Shown here: piece after piece, positions 44,800 through 59,277 of the stretch
How positions within the stretch are numbered: position 1 is the stretch's first letter
Layout of the letters: each line of letters starts with the position of its first letter
Origin: Eledone cirrhosa
Lineage: Eukaryota
Assembly (NCBI GenBank): GCA_964016885.1
Contig: OZ024740.1
Location: forward strand, 373,178,001 to 373,242,000
Direction of reading: 5' to 3'
DNA: 64,000 nt
Program-made: the position numbers and the translations under genes
Notes under the pieces: generated by a model
Database searches by the model: none
Told to the model about the DNA's origin: nothing
Seen by the model: only the letters and a program-made list of their open reading frames with translations

Positions 44800-46175
44800 T
44801 TCATCTACACATATTTGATATACAGAACAGAACATGAGCTAATTCCACGAAGCCGTACTCCGCATCATTCTTGTCCTGACTGGGGCTCGTGTAACATCGC
44901 AGGACGCATTCTCCACTCTCGACTATCCAATCCTCACGAAAGACCTACGCGAGTGCCCAAAGACCAAGCATGTATACAGGACAAGGATGAGGGAAAGATT
45001 ACGATTCATCGACGCGCACCCGGCATTCCTCAACTCGAAGGATCTGTTTTGGTTTTCCTCAAATTCCTCGTTATGCTACGCGGTACACATTGCCACCCTC
45101 TAGCAGATTACGCCAACGAACTCGATGCCACCAACGGAATCTATACTGAAATCAACCGCACATTTTGACGTTACCGCGCCGGCTGGCAACCGGCGAAATT
45201 GAGTGTAGGTTTCGGGGGACTCAGGATCGAATCAAATCTAGATTTGGCTCTACAGGACTCTTTCTATCTTCTCAATCTTATCCAACAACACCCTTATGAA
45301 CGAGATCCTAAGCAAGAAGACAGAACCTGCCGCCGCACAGTCATTGGAATCAGCTTTCGCAAATTGGACCGACGAAAGCCTTGCCGTCTCCCAATATACT
45401 GAGGTCTAACGTAATTTGGAAGAAATTAAACGCAGGTCCAACTTCTGAGGGATTGTGTCTTCTTTGGAACAATACAATGCCGAGTACCTACGATCCGCCT
45501 CCCAACCAAAGAGGGCTGCTTGGAACAAATCAGTGCGTCCCTCCTCAAACGGTACCCATCATATCATGATGATGCCTGCACTGCCATTGAAGTGGAGAAG
45601 TGCCTTGCCACCGCAAGTGAGACCCACATAGATGCTATTGGGGAGCAGTTGTTGACGAGCTCGATCTGCACACATTATGTTGCCGCCATAGTGCAGGCCG
45701 CCTCGCCTGTCACAACACTCTGAACGACATCACAGTGGTCGTCTGATTGCGATTGTGGCGATGGAAACCGTCGCGACGCATTACCCCTCTTCCCTATCGA
45801 GAGGGACACCACGTACCTAATTTTGGACGAAACATTCTGTGGCCCGTTCTCCGCTTCCACCCTTGTCACTTCGGCTACAAAGTTGGGCTCTGCTGTCCAC
45901 AAAGCAGAGAGGAGGATAGTTAAATAGCCGATCCTGACCAACCTCTACCTCTTTCTACCCGCCTCCATCGAGACCTTTCGTGTCCTTGGTCCCCACACTG
46001 CTGATTTCCTGAGTAAAATCGGAAGGACTGTGACCAACTTGAAGGAGCCCTATGATGTTATATGGCTGTTGAAGTGGGTGCCTCTTGCTAATCTCCAGGG
46101 TAATGCTCTTGTCAAATTCTCCGCGCGTAGCGGATGAGGTTCCATTCACGCTGGAGGGTAGCGTCTGTTTACCCA
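44800..46175 (+). mobile_element. CRE-like LINE, degraded RT C-terminus and RLE
   Basis: GWQPAKLSVGFGGLRI..DLAL; AVHKAERRIVK*PILTNLYLFLPASIETFRVLGPHTADFLSKIGR...IWLLKWVPLANLQGNA. Confidence 0.75.
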
Positions 46176-46739
46176 TTTCCCTATATTATATCAATAATAT
46201 CAAATTCAAGAAACAAATAGAATCTGATATCTGATATCTGGCAGCTCGCGAAATATCTAGTGTACATTTAAAAAAATCTAGTTGACAAACTAGAACAATA
46301 ATTATATTGTTTCCTCTTCCATTTCCATACATGTCGGTTGAAATTTAACCTCCGTTAAGTATAATCGTCAGGTTAGATATATCATAGGTAAGTAGCTTAA
46401 ACTACGGTAATTGACAATTCATCTTCTTAAAGAGAAACAAAGAAAGGAAAATTGAAATGTTTAGTAGAAAACTTAACAACAAACCCATTTACGATTCCAA
46501 CAAATATAACAAAAGCATATTACATTCGTCATATCCACACTTCTAACAAACAAGATAACTAGGCAAACTGATTAGGAAAGCAAGACTTCAAAATCCTATT
46601 CACTCGGACTCAGCGAAAGATCCAGTAATGCCTATAAAGTAGAATTACTCAATAGTAAGCTCGTGTATGCGCACGATGAATTCAGGTCATTTTATCGAAT
46701 TACGTTCATATCTTACATGATAAATTCAGAGAAGAACAC

Positions 46740-46860
46740 ATCTACACCGATATCATTCTAATAATAATCGATTTGAACGAATGAATTATCTATACACTCA
46801 TCATTCTAAGTACTATCGATTTGAATGAATTATCTACACAGTCCTCATTCTAATTACTAT
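46740..46860. repeat. Imperfect tandem repeat, ~44-48-bp unit, about 2.5 copies
   Basis: tcattctaa..atcgatttgaa..tgaattatcta recurs. Confidence 0.6.
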
Positions 46861-47697
46861 GCACGACAGAAATGTGTTCTTCCCAAATATTCTCTATCAC
46901 TGAATACATAATTGAACTACATAAATATATACTATGAAAACCATGTTATGTAAGATAAGACAACAAGGTGTCAAGATGAAATTGAGTAAAGTTACATAAT
47001 TGAACAACAAAACCAAATATGAGGAAACTACTAAAAATGAAAGATGTTATAGTGTTATTGCAACTAAATATTCCCCCATATCTTTCAAATAATTATCTTA
47101 AATTTTCAGATATCATAATGTATAAATATTTTAGAATATTTAATGTGTGTTTCAAAAATATCACAAAACGCACCCATAACCTACTACACAATATCTGACA
47201 ATGTCTGCTATTTCCTTGCACCTGACATTCATTAGGACCTCCGTACGGGATTGAGGTCTTGATGAATTTGTTCTTAGATGTGACATTGTCTGAGTGGAAA
47301 GGCTCGGATTTGATAGAGAGGAAAAGTGTTATTATGTGTGTATGGACAAGAATATATATAAAAATATATATATATAGACTTGTAACTGAACCTGACATAG
47401 TTACAAAAGTAAAAACATCCCCCAACCAAAAGACAAATACAAACGTGAACCTTATATCTCAAATCATCCAAAACAAACAGCAGAAATTGTTTCGCGTCAT
47501 CTCTCTATATATAAAACAATAGATGTCTCTCTGTGTGTGAGTATGATGTTTATGCATTTTCACGTTTCTCTACCGATTCTGATGATTTCTTTTCCAATGT
47601 ACTCCAAATTTACCATGGTAGGTGAACGCGTAATTATTTTTGCCAAAGATTTACTGCTTCTATGAAAAACATCGATAAAACTAAATACATGCTGTAA

Positions 47698-47890
47698 CCC
47701 TCTCTCTTACACGCTTCATTCCTCTCACTACCCTCAATCTCCTCCGCAACTCTCTTTAAAAGGTTACTGCCTCTGTCTTTGAAGGAACGCGATACAAACT
47801 TTGATACCCCTCTCTCTTAGACGCTTCATTCATCTCACTACCCTCACTCTTCCCTGCAACTCTCTTTAAAATATTACTACCTCCGTCTCC
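47698..47890. repeat. Tandem duplication with 110-bp offset in the Helitron 5' region
   Basis: tctctcttacacgcttcatt at 47701 recurs as tctctcttagacgcttcatt at 47811. Confidence 0.8.
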
Positions 47891-48551
47891 ATTACAGTTT
47901 AGAACAACGACAAAACTTCTCTCTCTCTATAATAGATCATTCCCCCTCTTCGTTCGTAATACGTCAAATATCAAAATTTAAAAAGCCGATAACACTAAAT
48001 ACATACTGCTCTCTCAACGTTACATTTTACACACTTACATTTTACATCAAATAACAAATATTCAAAAGCAACGGATGAATTTATAAAACAACAAACGTAA
48101 CAATAACGACGCTTTAGCGTTTATTTACATGATTCTCAACAAAGACATTATATTTTATTGCTGTCCTTTTTGTAATTTTCTTTCTATATATTTCTCAATA
48201 TGAGACAAACAATTAATGAGAACACTTTTTAACGAACGTCCGATTTCGATGATTTATTTTCCAGTGTGCTCCAAAATAACGCCCCTGTTTACGCTCTTTT
48301 GTGCTATAACTCAGACAGGCTTCGCTTACAGGTTTGACCTATTATGTGACGTGCATTCTTCATAGATCTTACTTAGTACTCACTTTCCACTTACTCACCG
48401 TTCAATTGAAAGTTTTGGCTACTCCCAATTTCATGCTCCATTACCTGCATAAATATTTACGTGTTCGGTCCTGCTACAATATAGTACTCATTTTAAACTA
48501 ATTCAAAGTTCATTTGAAAATTTTCGCTACACATTCTTTGAATCTACGGTC

Positions 48552-51500
48552 ATGCCGCCCCCAAAAAGACCACGACATAGTCGTCAAACTAGAGCTGCTT
48601 CTGCTTCCAAACGAAGAAGAGCTACAGAGTTGTCCGTAGATAAATTGACTCGGTTGTCACAAAATGCAACTCTAAATGCAATTACTCGGGCAACCGAGAC
48701 AGAAAAAAGAGGAGCATACGCCTTTCCGGAAATGCATTTGTAACTGCAGTTACACGTGCAGCTGCGGCACGTGACGGTGAGGACGAAGAACACCGTTACA
48801 GTCGACGACGAAGAGATGCCGCCTCAACTGCTGCGTCACGTGGTGCCGAGGACGAATGGTAGTGTTCCAGACGTCAACGTACGGACGCCACATCAACAGC
48901 TTCCGTTCGCGCATCAGAGACTGCGCAAATTCAATTACAAAGGCTAAACGCCAACGCACTCCACAGGAGTGCTAAACGAGGTAGACAGAGGATCAGTGCA
49001 CTCAGTGGTCTCATAAGGCTTTCCACTCTGACCCATCAGTGAACTATGCACTGATGCCGAAAGTTCAGATTGGATCCATGTTTGTCATTTCCAATATTGG
49101 CGCGCCCAAAAAAGGCCTGGTGAAACTTCAGGGATTGCTGCTCTGATGGCAAAGTGAGACTGCCTCCTCTACAGGAACCGACACAACCTTTGACGTATCT
49201 ACTGACCGGTGCCACAGCGGAGTCGGAACACTTCCTTCGATGTTCCAGGAGATACAACGCTGCCTTCCAAATGACCTCTTTCGGAGCTAACATCGTATGC
49301 GAGGACGGCTTCATGCCTACCTTTAAAGTTCAAGGACAAATTTACCACAGAATCTGTTCGCCACTGCCCACAACAGATGGACAGCCCTAGTTCCTACAGC
49401 TATACTTTGTCACTGACTATTTGGACCAAGCGGAACGACGCGCTTCAATTTCACCTGGCGCAGATATGAAAATTATGTTGCACCTCCAGAGAATGCTGCA
49501 CGAAAACAACAACTACATTCGCAGTTTTAAATGCGCATTGGAAGCTGCTCCTTACCCACATTTTTCCGTTATAATCGATGCTGACAGGAAACCACCAGGC
49601 ACCCACAACTGACGTTTTAGCACTACCACGTGCAATGAAATAGCTGTGCTTGTTCGTGGAGAACAGTACAACAAGCGGGACATCATACTTCAGTGTAGGG
49701 ACAATAATCTGCATCGGATCAGCGAGACGCATAGGTCCTACAACGCATTCCAATATCCCCTACTTTTCCCAATCGGTGACGACGGATACAACTTTGGAAT
49801 TCCTTTGTGCAACAGCAACAAAACAGTTTCCTCTATGCAATTCTACACCTACCGATTCATGGTACGTGATAGCTGCTTTAACCAACTCCACCGTGCAAGA
49901 GTACTCCTCAACCAGCTTGGTGTAGACGCGTGCGCAAAGATGGAATCTGAAAGGCTGTGCTACATAAGGAACAATCAAGCACGCCTTGGTTCGGACAGCT
50001 ACATTCACTTACGGGATGGAGTAAGGAATGACGTCGATCCCGAGAACCTAGGAAAACATTGTATCCTTCCGTCGACCTTCATTGGGAGTCCCCGATACAT
50101 GAGTGAACGCACACAGGATACTATGACGTACGTGCGTCTCTACGGCAGACCGGATCTCTTCATCACTTCAACATGAAACCCTAAGTGGAATGAAATTACC
50201 GCGGAATTATTCCCCGGACAAAGGGCGTCAGGCAGACATGATCCTACGGCACGAGTCTTTCACTTGAAGTTGACAAAACGTATTGAACTCCTAAAATCAG
50301 CTAAGGCCTTTGGACCTGTTATGTGCTACGTATACACCGTTGAGTGGCAAAAGAGAGACCTGCCACACTCTCACCTCATTTGGCTGATAACGAAAATCAA
50401 CGCAAGCAGCATTGACAGCATCATTTCAGCAGAAATACCCGACCCGAAATTGGACCGAGAGCACCACAACATCGTCACTGCTCACATGGTTCATGGGCCA
50501 TGCGGAAACGGTTTCAACATGAATTCTCCATACATTAAAGAAAGAAGGTGCACCAAGAGGTGTCCTAGGCCATTCCTCCGAGAAACTCGGACAGGTGGCG
50601 ACGGTTATCCATTATACTGCCGCAGGGAGCCAGTGGACGGAGGAATTGTTGCGAAAACACCACGTCACAATGTCGACAGCCGGTGAGTTGTACCCTACTG
50701 CCCACTTCTGCTTAAATTGTTTCACGCCCACATTAACGTTGAATATTGCCACTCCGTCAAATCGATAAAGTACGTCTGCAAGTATATCAATAAGGGGTCC
50801 TATGCTGCGTCATTTGGTCTTACAATGGAGAAGAACCGAGACGAAGTAACTCGATACCAGGTCGGCCGATATATCAGCAGCAATGAAGCGTTCTGGCGAT
50901 TCTTCCACTTTGCAATACATCATAACTACCCTCCAATCAAACAGTTGGCGGTGCACCTTAAAAACGGTCAAATAGTCTACTTCACCGCCTCCACCGCTGC
51001 TGAGATAGCAGAGGAACCCAAGGACATCACACTTACGGCATTTTTTAAGTTATGCCGAAACGATCCCTTCGCCAAGACCATTTCTACTCTTAGGTGCCAT
51101 CATACTACACATGGAACACAGACAACAGAATTTGGCTAAGAAGGGTGAAAGGACAACCCGTCGAGGGACATCCAGACATTAAAATGTACCCTACCCTTGG
51201 GAGAGTGTACACCATTCATCCTAACCATCAGGAATGCTTTTATCTCCGTCTTCTACTGCATGACGCGGTAGGACCGACATCTTTCGACGATCTGAAAACA
51301 ATCAACGGAGAGTTTGAACTTCATTCCGCGCAGCCTGCCTTAGACGGGGTCTACAGGAAGATGGCGCTCAGTGGGATGCGACATTGGCGAAGGCAGCTAC
51401 AATACGCTCAGCGCGAACTCTTCGGCAACTCTTTGCGGTGCTACTGCAGACATGCGAGTTAAGCGAACCTGCATCCTTATGGGACAAATACAAAGACGAC

Positions 51501-53069
51501 CTTTCCCATGACTACATTCACCAAGGACAACTGCTACTCCCTCATTCCGACGTACGACTCAGCGACGAATTTTTCAATAAAGCTCTCATTGACATCGAGG
51601 ACAAAATCCTGACTGCGGGCAGAAATGACCTTCCATTCTATGGACTGCCAAAAGTTCAGCGAACGAGCTTGGACAAACTTCCGACGGGCATAATTCAGGA
51701 AACTGCCTACGACGTCCACGCCCTCGAACTCTTCATCAACAAAAACGAGCCTAAATTGTTGCAGGACCAACGGCGTGCGTATGACACAGTTTGATCTTCC
51801 ATTGGTCAACGCAGAGGAGGTATCGCCCCAGGTAGAACTGGTAAAACATTCGTCAATAAAATCCTCGCCAAAGTGCGACAGCAGAAAGGAATCGCCCTGG
51901 CTGTGGCTTCTTCTGGCATTGCCCGTAGGTAGGACAGCTCATTCCGAATTTAAACTACCATTCAAAACGACTTCAGACGATACAATAACCTGCAACATGA
52001 CCAAGAACTCTGACAAAGCTGAAGTCTTGAAAAGATGCCACCTAATTGTGTGGGACGAATGCACAATGGTCCATAAAGAGTCCCTTGAGGCGTTAGACAG
52101 AACCCTACGATACATCAGGGAATGCAACCGGCCGATGGCAGGAGTACTTCTACTGCTGTCTGGCGATTTTCGACAGACTCTTCAAGTTGTTCGAAAAGCT
52201 ACCAGGGCCGAGACTGTGGGGGTTTGCATTAAGTCATCTCCCCTGTAGCAGGAAGTGACAATCCTGACCCTCACAACAAACATGAGAGCCCAACTGCTCG
52301 GCGACCACTCAGCAGTCGACTTCTCAAAGGACCTCTTAACAGTTGATGACGGCACTGCACCTTCAGATGCAGCTGGAGAAATGGAAGTCTCGCAAGTAGG
52401 CACCGTTGCCGACACTGTTGCCGACCTCGCAGCCTCTGTCTTTCCCGATATGGCGACCAACTACAAAAAAAAGAGTTGGCTCCCAAAAATGTCTCAGTTG
52501 CAAAAATCAATGAGGACCTTCTGCAACGCATTCCTGGAAACCTCCGTACCTACAAAGTTGTGGACAAAGTTGTGGACAAAGATGAGGTTGACGATTTTCC
52601 AACAGAATTCCTCAATTCCTTGGACATCTCTGGACTGCCACCTTATGAACCGCGCGTCTAAGTTGGGACTCCAGTCATGCTGTGGAGGAACCTGGAATCA
52701 CCACGTCTCTCCAACGGAACACAGTTAGTGGTAAGAAACCTCCGTCCGCATGTAATTGAAGCCACAATTTTCACGGGCTACAGCGCTGGAGAAAACGTCT
52801 TCATACCCAGAATACCATTAACTCCATCAGGTACGGAATGCCCCTGTACTCTGCGCCGACTTCGATTCCCCGTTAAACTTTGCTTCGCGATGTCAGTCAA
52901 CAAGTCCCAAGGCCAAACGCTATCAACGGCAGGCCTGCATTTAGCCCAGCCGTGCTTCTCACACGGCCAATTATACGTCGCATGCTCAAGAGTGGGATGC
53001 AAGTAGAACTAATTCATACTTGCGCGCAACGGCAGAACAAAAAATGTGGTCTACATAGAGGTGTTTTGA
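48552..53069 (+). pseudogene. Helitron Rep/PIF1-helicase (RepHel), multiple stops and frameshifts
   Basis: HUH Rep motifs GRPDLFIT, YTVEWQKRDLPHSH, KYVCKYINKG; helicase motifs APGRTGKTF, LIVWDEC, GDFRQTL, FAMSVNKSQGQTL, FSHGQLYVACSRV; ends RTKNVVYIEVF*. Confidence 0.95.
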
Positions 53070-53664
53070 CTCCTCTATTCAGCACCACTGCAGTCTTGCC
53101 GTTCTGACATATGGTGAGTAGATGCTATTGTTGTATATTTTCAAACTTACCCGTATTTACTTTCAATGCCTCAATATTCATAATTGAGTCGAATCATTAA
53201 AAGTACTTTAACGCAATTAAACTCCGAGCAACGCCGGGCCCTTCTGCTAGTTTCTTAATACATAATTATATACTATAGAGGCGATGCCTTTTATATCCTG
53301 ATAAAATTGAAGTTCATTCCGTTCCAAACATGATGGTAAACAACGCTATACATATATATCAATATATCGTTAAACAGTCAAAGAAATATACCGAAATGAT
53401 CGCACGAGAAACAATAATTTAATTATTGGGTGTCTACAATATAAAAACATATAAATATAAGCGTTGAAATATGGCCACGATATCTTTAGAATTTATACGA
53501 TTCGAGAAGAGATTGCTATCAAATTTGGGTGAATATAAAAAAGAAGACGAATGGAGTCAGAAATATTCTATTATCAATAAAATGATTTTGTAATGTAACA
53601 CTTATTGTCAACGGATACGATGGGCTTAAGCACTCGACATTTTAGCAAATGCAGTCGCATCTTT

Positions 53665-53739
<75 letters not shown>

Positions 53740-53742
<3 letters not shown>

Positions 53743-54579
53743 CACAACACCAAACCACACTTACTACCATAGTATGCACACCAGTAAACCAACAAACAAA
53801 ACTAATAGAAAGCGATGCAAAGAGTACTTATGGTATAACCCCGAATACAATAGTTCCATTCGTACAAATTTACCAGTACTCTTCTTTAAAATAATTAAAA
53901 GACATTTTCCCACATCACACAAATACCACAAAATCCTAAACCCTACCACTATAAGACTGTCATACTCTACAGCGTTAAACCTTGAACAACACATAAAAAA
54001 GATCAATACTAGAAGGTTAAACGAAAACACTAAGAACTTAAGTACAAAGAACACAAAAAAAAAGTAGACAATACACTACAGAACATAAATAAACCACACC
54101 TAAGTTCGTCCGCAATACTACTCCAGAAAAAACCCAACGTACACAACTGTAACTGCACCTATCCTGACAACTGCCCCCTCGGCAATAACTGCCTGGAAAA
54201 AAATATTATTTATAAGTGTACCATTAAATCCGGAGGCAACGAGTGGTATTACGTGGGATCAACGGCAACATCGTTTAAATCTCGATTGTATAGGCATTCT
54301 TACTCAATAAAACACCAGAGCCAAAGAAATGTAACAACTTTAGCAGAAAAAGCTTGGACGCTCAGGGATAGCGATCAAAAGTTTACCCTAAAATGGGAGA
54401 AATTAGCTAAAACCCAAAGCTTTTCCAGGAGCCAAAATTTCTGCAAATTGTGTAATCTTGAGATTTATTACATAATCACACACAAGAGGAAACTGCTGAA
54501 TAACAGAATTGAACGAACATTATTCTGCCGTCACAGAACTAAAACCCTTTTTTCCCACTACAAGCCGAATATTACATAA
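53740..54579 (+). pseudogene. PLE linker and GIY-YIG endonuclease; frame disrupted near the A-run at ~54060
   Basis: LWYNPEYN...RHFPTSHKYHKILNPTTIRLSYS; NCNCTYPDNCPLGNNCLEKNIIYKC...YYVGSTATSFKSRLYRH...CKLCNLE...LLN. Confidence 0.9.
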
Positions 54580-54846
54580 AAGAGGGACATCCCCCAACTA
54601 TATAAACCTTAATCTAGTTAGAAAAATATAAAAACAATCTCTTCTCAACATATATTAATAACCTTAAATTACCACACTAATAATGGAAAGATATGCTGAT
54701 GAGAATAGGTGCAAATATGCGATAATGAATGTGTCTAAAAACGTCCATAAGTATGTATATATATGTGAAAATGTATATAAATAAGTAAATATATATATAT
54801 GTTTGATGTGTATAGTTAGATGTAAGTGTATTCATGTATTAAAGTG

Positions 54847-54931
<85 letters not shown>

Positions 54932-55487
54932 ATATGTGTATATAGATGTGTATGTATGTGTATGTGTGTACACATGGACTAGAGTATGTATGTATATATG
55001 TGTGTGTCTATACGTGTGTATATAAAGATAAGTTGAGTATGAAAATGTATACACATGAGCGCGTATGTATGTACATGAATACATGTGTGTATATATATGT
55101 GTATGCATGTGTATATATATGTAAGTATGAATATGTGAATTGTCAGTATTTGTATTTTGTAGAGGTGTGCAAATATATTTGTGTGTGAATGCGTGGGTGA
55201 AAGGATACGTACACTTGAAAGAAAAATTTAAGTCTGAATGTTAATTAAGTGCAAACACAAAACCAACCACGCATATCTTTACTATCTCTAATCCTTCTAT
55301 AGATTTAGAAAAATAACCAATAATATATTCTATAAAAAATGTCAAAACAACAGATGGGAATCTAATTACTCACTGCCACCAAGAATTCTCACTGCTATCG
55401 AAAAACCACTCCTTCAACTATTCTTCTAACAACTTCACCCCTCCCTCCTAATATTCTCTATAAAAACTAAATAGGTCCTCAGTAATA

Positions 55488-55607
55488 TTATTCTGATGAA
55501 ATGACAGTAAATAATAACATTGAAATATTGAATGTCTGCATAACTAAAAGTTTGTAGATAGCAGCTGTTTTAGGTTATGTAACTGTTATAGAAACACGTG
55601 TCAATAA
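55488..55607 (+). ncRNA. Type I hammerhead ribozyme with 91-nt helix II domain (GUC site)
   Basis: ttatt CTGATGA aatgacagt...actgttata GAAA cacgtg TC aataa. Confidence 0.8.
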
Positions 55608-56283
55608 ATTCCTTTCAACTAAACTGTATCCATTCAAATCTTTCTATTTTTCTCCGGATTACTTTTGGAACTACAACTGGAACCGTCGAGCAAACTCTAC
55701 GTGAGCTGATAATCTACTGTGTGTAATATTTATATTACAACACAACGGAAAATACTGTATATATATATATGTATGTATATACACGCTAATATTGAACGCA
55801 TATATATATATACCTGTATATTTTCTTACATATATATTATTCTTTGTTATTTTTAATGAATTAGGATCAGATATTTCGACAAATATACTTGCTGATGTAC
55901 AAAAGCAGACTCGTAGAAATAGATTAATATTTAGATCTAAATTATCAGATGGGTGGACTGGAGTGAATTCACTGAGTTCGGCTTAGAGCTGGTGGAATCT
56001 CAGGTTACAGAGAACCATATCATGGTCTGAAAGATGGGTTTTCATTCTACACTAATATTATGTATAGTGTTTCTATAGTATATAAACACTAGATCCATAA
56101 TATTTTTTTCTGATATCTTGTTGGTGTAAAAACAAGATGGGTCAAATAAAACTCATCCATAAAATCAATAGGTGACTCTACTGGTGGCTTTTAGCGTTTG
56201 GTGTGAAAGGGACTGGTATCAAACTGTTTGTACACCAATTAAGACAGGGTAGACTAAAACATCCCATCACATGTATGGTATCA

Positions 56284-56472
56284 TAATTGTTTCTACGTTA
56301 GGCACAAGGCCAGCAATTACCCAGTGCATTACTGGTACTTTATTTTATCGACCCCGTAAGGATGAAAGGGAAAGTCAGCCTCGGCGGGATTTGAACTCAG
56401 ATGGTAAAGGGACGTAACTATGATGGAAAGCATGGCGTCCAACCCTTTACCAATACTGCCAAATCCACCTGC
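56284..56472 (-). mobile_element. tRNA-derived SINE (OK-like)
   Basis: Reverse complement collinear with 5439-5619. Confidence 0.85.
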
Positions 56473-56776
56473 TGTTGAAATATTCTTCAAAACGCAGTAT
56501 ACGGGGATTTGGATGTCTTATAGAGCACAACTACTACCTAATCATTGGTAGTCAATGGAGAATGTGATATTTATGCATCTCCTTCCAGGTAGATGTGCAA
56601 AGATGAAGTCATTGCGTGTGAAGTGCCTCTGGCGTAGAAAATAACGGAATATTTGGGGGTTTCTTGCTTGTGCCGGGGTGGGGGTGGTGGGTGGGGGTGA
56701 TTCTGCATCATTCATTTTCAGAGGTTATTTATAGTACTCTAGGACTGAGGTGGCGACGTAGAGGAAGAAAATAGCC

Positions 56777-56933
56777 GTTTCTAATTTTGGCACAAGGCCA
56801 GCAATTACCCAGTACATTACTGGATGAATGTCAAAGTTAACCTCGACGGGATTTGAACTCAGACTGTAAAGGGACATAACTATGGCGTCCGACAGTAAAG
56901 GGACATAATCATGGCGTCCGATTCTCTACTGAT
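56777..56933 (-). mobile_element. tRNA-derived SINE (OK-like) with internal deletion and ~29-bp tandem duplication
   Basis: gtaaagggacataa..atggcgtccga occurs twice. Confidence 0.75.
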
Positions 56934-58620
56934 GTGGTCTGTTATTAGTTCAGGTGGTAGAAAAGATAACATTAGTAGCTCTAGAAGACGATGGGGGTGG
57001 TAATGATGATTGATGATGATGATAATAATTATGGTGGTTATTGGGGTGAAAGTGGAGAATGAGAGACAGGTGATGAGATACTGTTATTGAGCAAATCCGC
57101 TATTGCGTTGACATTTAAAAGTGGCTCTTGTTTTTGTTTTTGCTGTTTTCCTTGTTGCTAATGCTGTTGCTGTAGCTGTTCGAATTGCAGTTCTTGTTGA
57201 TTCTGTTGAATGTGTGGCTGTTATTGTTGTTCTTGTTATTTTGTGGAGGCTTTTTTTGTTGCTGATGATGCGCTTGACCAATATTTGAAGTTACAATAAG
57301 TGACTGAGTTAATTTGAATAAGACCACGATGTATTCATGTCTGCTTCGTATCTGCTTCAGAGACCGTAAATTAATGATACACACAAATGAATGTATATGT
57401 GTATGTTAGTGTTTGATTTACGCTGTGATTTCATACATACGTACACATGCACCCACATGCATATATATGAAGAGAAAACGAAGCACGCATATGCATGCAG
57501 TTTCACGCGTGTCAGAGGTCGATAGTACTATACTCCTTTTAATTTTTACTCTTTATGTATAATCTATTCATGGATGTGTTATGTTGCTATACGTTTATGA
57601 ACCTGGGGAAGTGCAGGTTTTTGTGGTATATTTACTTTTGGTGTTTACTATCGTATATAAACGGACTGCTAAATTGAAAACTGCATTTCTGTAAACAAGA
57701 ACTCTTGAAACATATAATTCTCGTGGCGCTGGAACGCATCAAAGCCAATTCCTTTTGAAGCAAACTGCTATTCGTCAATGCCCTTAAAACTACCATATAT
57801 TCTCTTATTATCAATAGTTATTTTCTCTTGGGATAATCATAAGATAGATGATACTCACTTAATGCAACCAGAGATATGAAAGTGAGATTATTCATTGATA
57901 ATGATATCTGATTCTATAGGCAATCTAAGTAATATTGATTGAAGGCCGGATACGAGAACCCGCAGTGTTGACGCAATTTGTGATTAAACATTATTCGTTT
58001 TTGTCTCTTCTACGTTGAGTTCTCACATTCCAGAAGAATTTGCAAGATAGTGATATGCCTATTTCTTCGATAGAGAATCATTTGCAGTCTCATTGGATGT
58101 TATCATAAATCACATAAATAGCAATAGCAAATATTTATATAATATATATATGTGTGTGTATATATATATATATCCTCATTATCGAGTATGGCCATTGCAC
58201 GATATACCATTATCAATGATTATTAATTAATTCTATCGTGGAATGTTTGTGCGTGAAGTTTTTTTAAAGTGAATAAAGACAGTACACTGATCCAATCCCA
58301 CTCTCTGAGCGACAATATCTATAACCCGAAAAGAAGAAAAGGTCAACATCGTCGGTAACTACTGAGCTGCAGGTTTAATATCGGAGTTATCCTAGTTTTC
58401 TGAGTTGCCTTCTCCTAGAATAATGCCCTGACAAAGGCTAGGGGTCCTTGACTCCCAGTGGTTTAACTGCGCGATCAGGTGTCCGGCCCGACTATTTCTA
58501 TGTTCCTGCGCATATACATACACATGTATACATGCATACACACATATACACACATATACATATACATACATATTCACGCACTTTTGGATGGCCGTTGACT
58601 CATAGGAGTTCAACCGCTAT

Positions 58621-58668
<48 letters not shown>

Positions 58669-58733
58669 ATAATAATAAATGTGAAGACTAAAATCCCGAT
58701 AAACAGAGATTCTTTGCTTAAACTTTAATCTGT

Positions 58734-58838
<105 letters not shown>

Positions 58839-58846
58839 CAGATTAA

Positions 58847-58899
<53 letters not shown>

Positions 58900-58901
<2 letters not shown>

Positions 58902-59012
58902 CGAAGGAAATGCGGTAAGGAACCAGGTGGACCATAACGCACCAAAGTACTCAATACTTAGGGTAGTAGAGCGGGTAATAGGAACAAGTAAGACCCCCAG
59001 GGCTGAGCTCAA
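58900..59012 (-). mobile_element. 3' tail of the 31449-32408 family
   Basis: Reverse complement matches 32295-32408. Confidence 0.85.
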
Positions 59013-59132
59013 TATATATATAACAGATTGAAGTTATCTTATCTCCCCTTATATTTCACCTTTTCCTATGTCTTCTCCCCCCCCCCCCCCATATATTATT
59101 TTTGCCTTACACTTCACATACCAAAATGTATG

Positions 59133-59179
<47 letters not shown>

Positions 59180-59211
59180 ATAAATGGAAACTATATTTAT
59201 AAAACCGTATT

Positions 59212-59277
59212 TATTTCATTATATATATTTCGGGGATATCATATTAACAATATGCTATGCCTTCCTCAGACAAAATA
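59212..59277 (-). ncRNA. Type I hammerhead ribozyme (AUA site) in a nested antisense insert
   Basis: tattttgt CTGAGGA aggcatagcatatt gtt aatatgatatcccc GAAA tatata TA atgaaata. Confidence 0.8.

Larger units (their letters stand above)
47500..53250 (+). mobile_element. Full-length Helitron (5751 bp)
   Basis: 5' TCTCTCTATATATAAAA after A47499; 3' hairpin ccgagcaacgccgg (53224-53237) then CTAG at 53247-53250 followed by T; no TSD; encloses RepHel. Confidence 0.92.
53740..55757 (+). mobile_element. 5'-truncated Neptune-type PLE: linker, GIY-YIG, long 3' region, HHR and tail, between TA runs
   Basis: Coding remnant 53740-54579; HHR 55488-55607; tail tctccgga..cgtcgagcaaac..hairpin ending at a TA run. 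Confidence 0.85.

Noticed and set aside
44558-47425. Two Cys-containing minus-strand ORFs (44558-44773, 47093-47425) with acceptor-like sites as exons of a host gene
   Set aside because: No confident domain match and no clear donor pairing; BLASTx or RNA-seq would decide.
57084-57281. Thr/Ala/Asn-rich ORFs
   Set aside because: Degenerate (GTT/GCT)n low-complexity tract.
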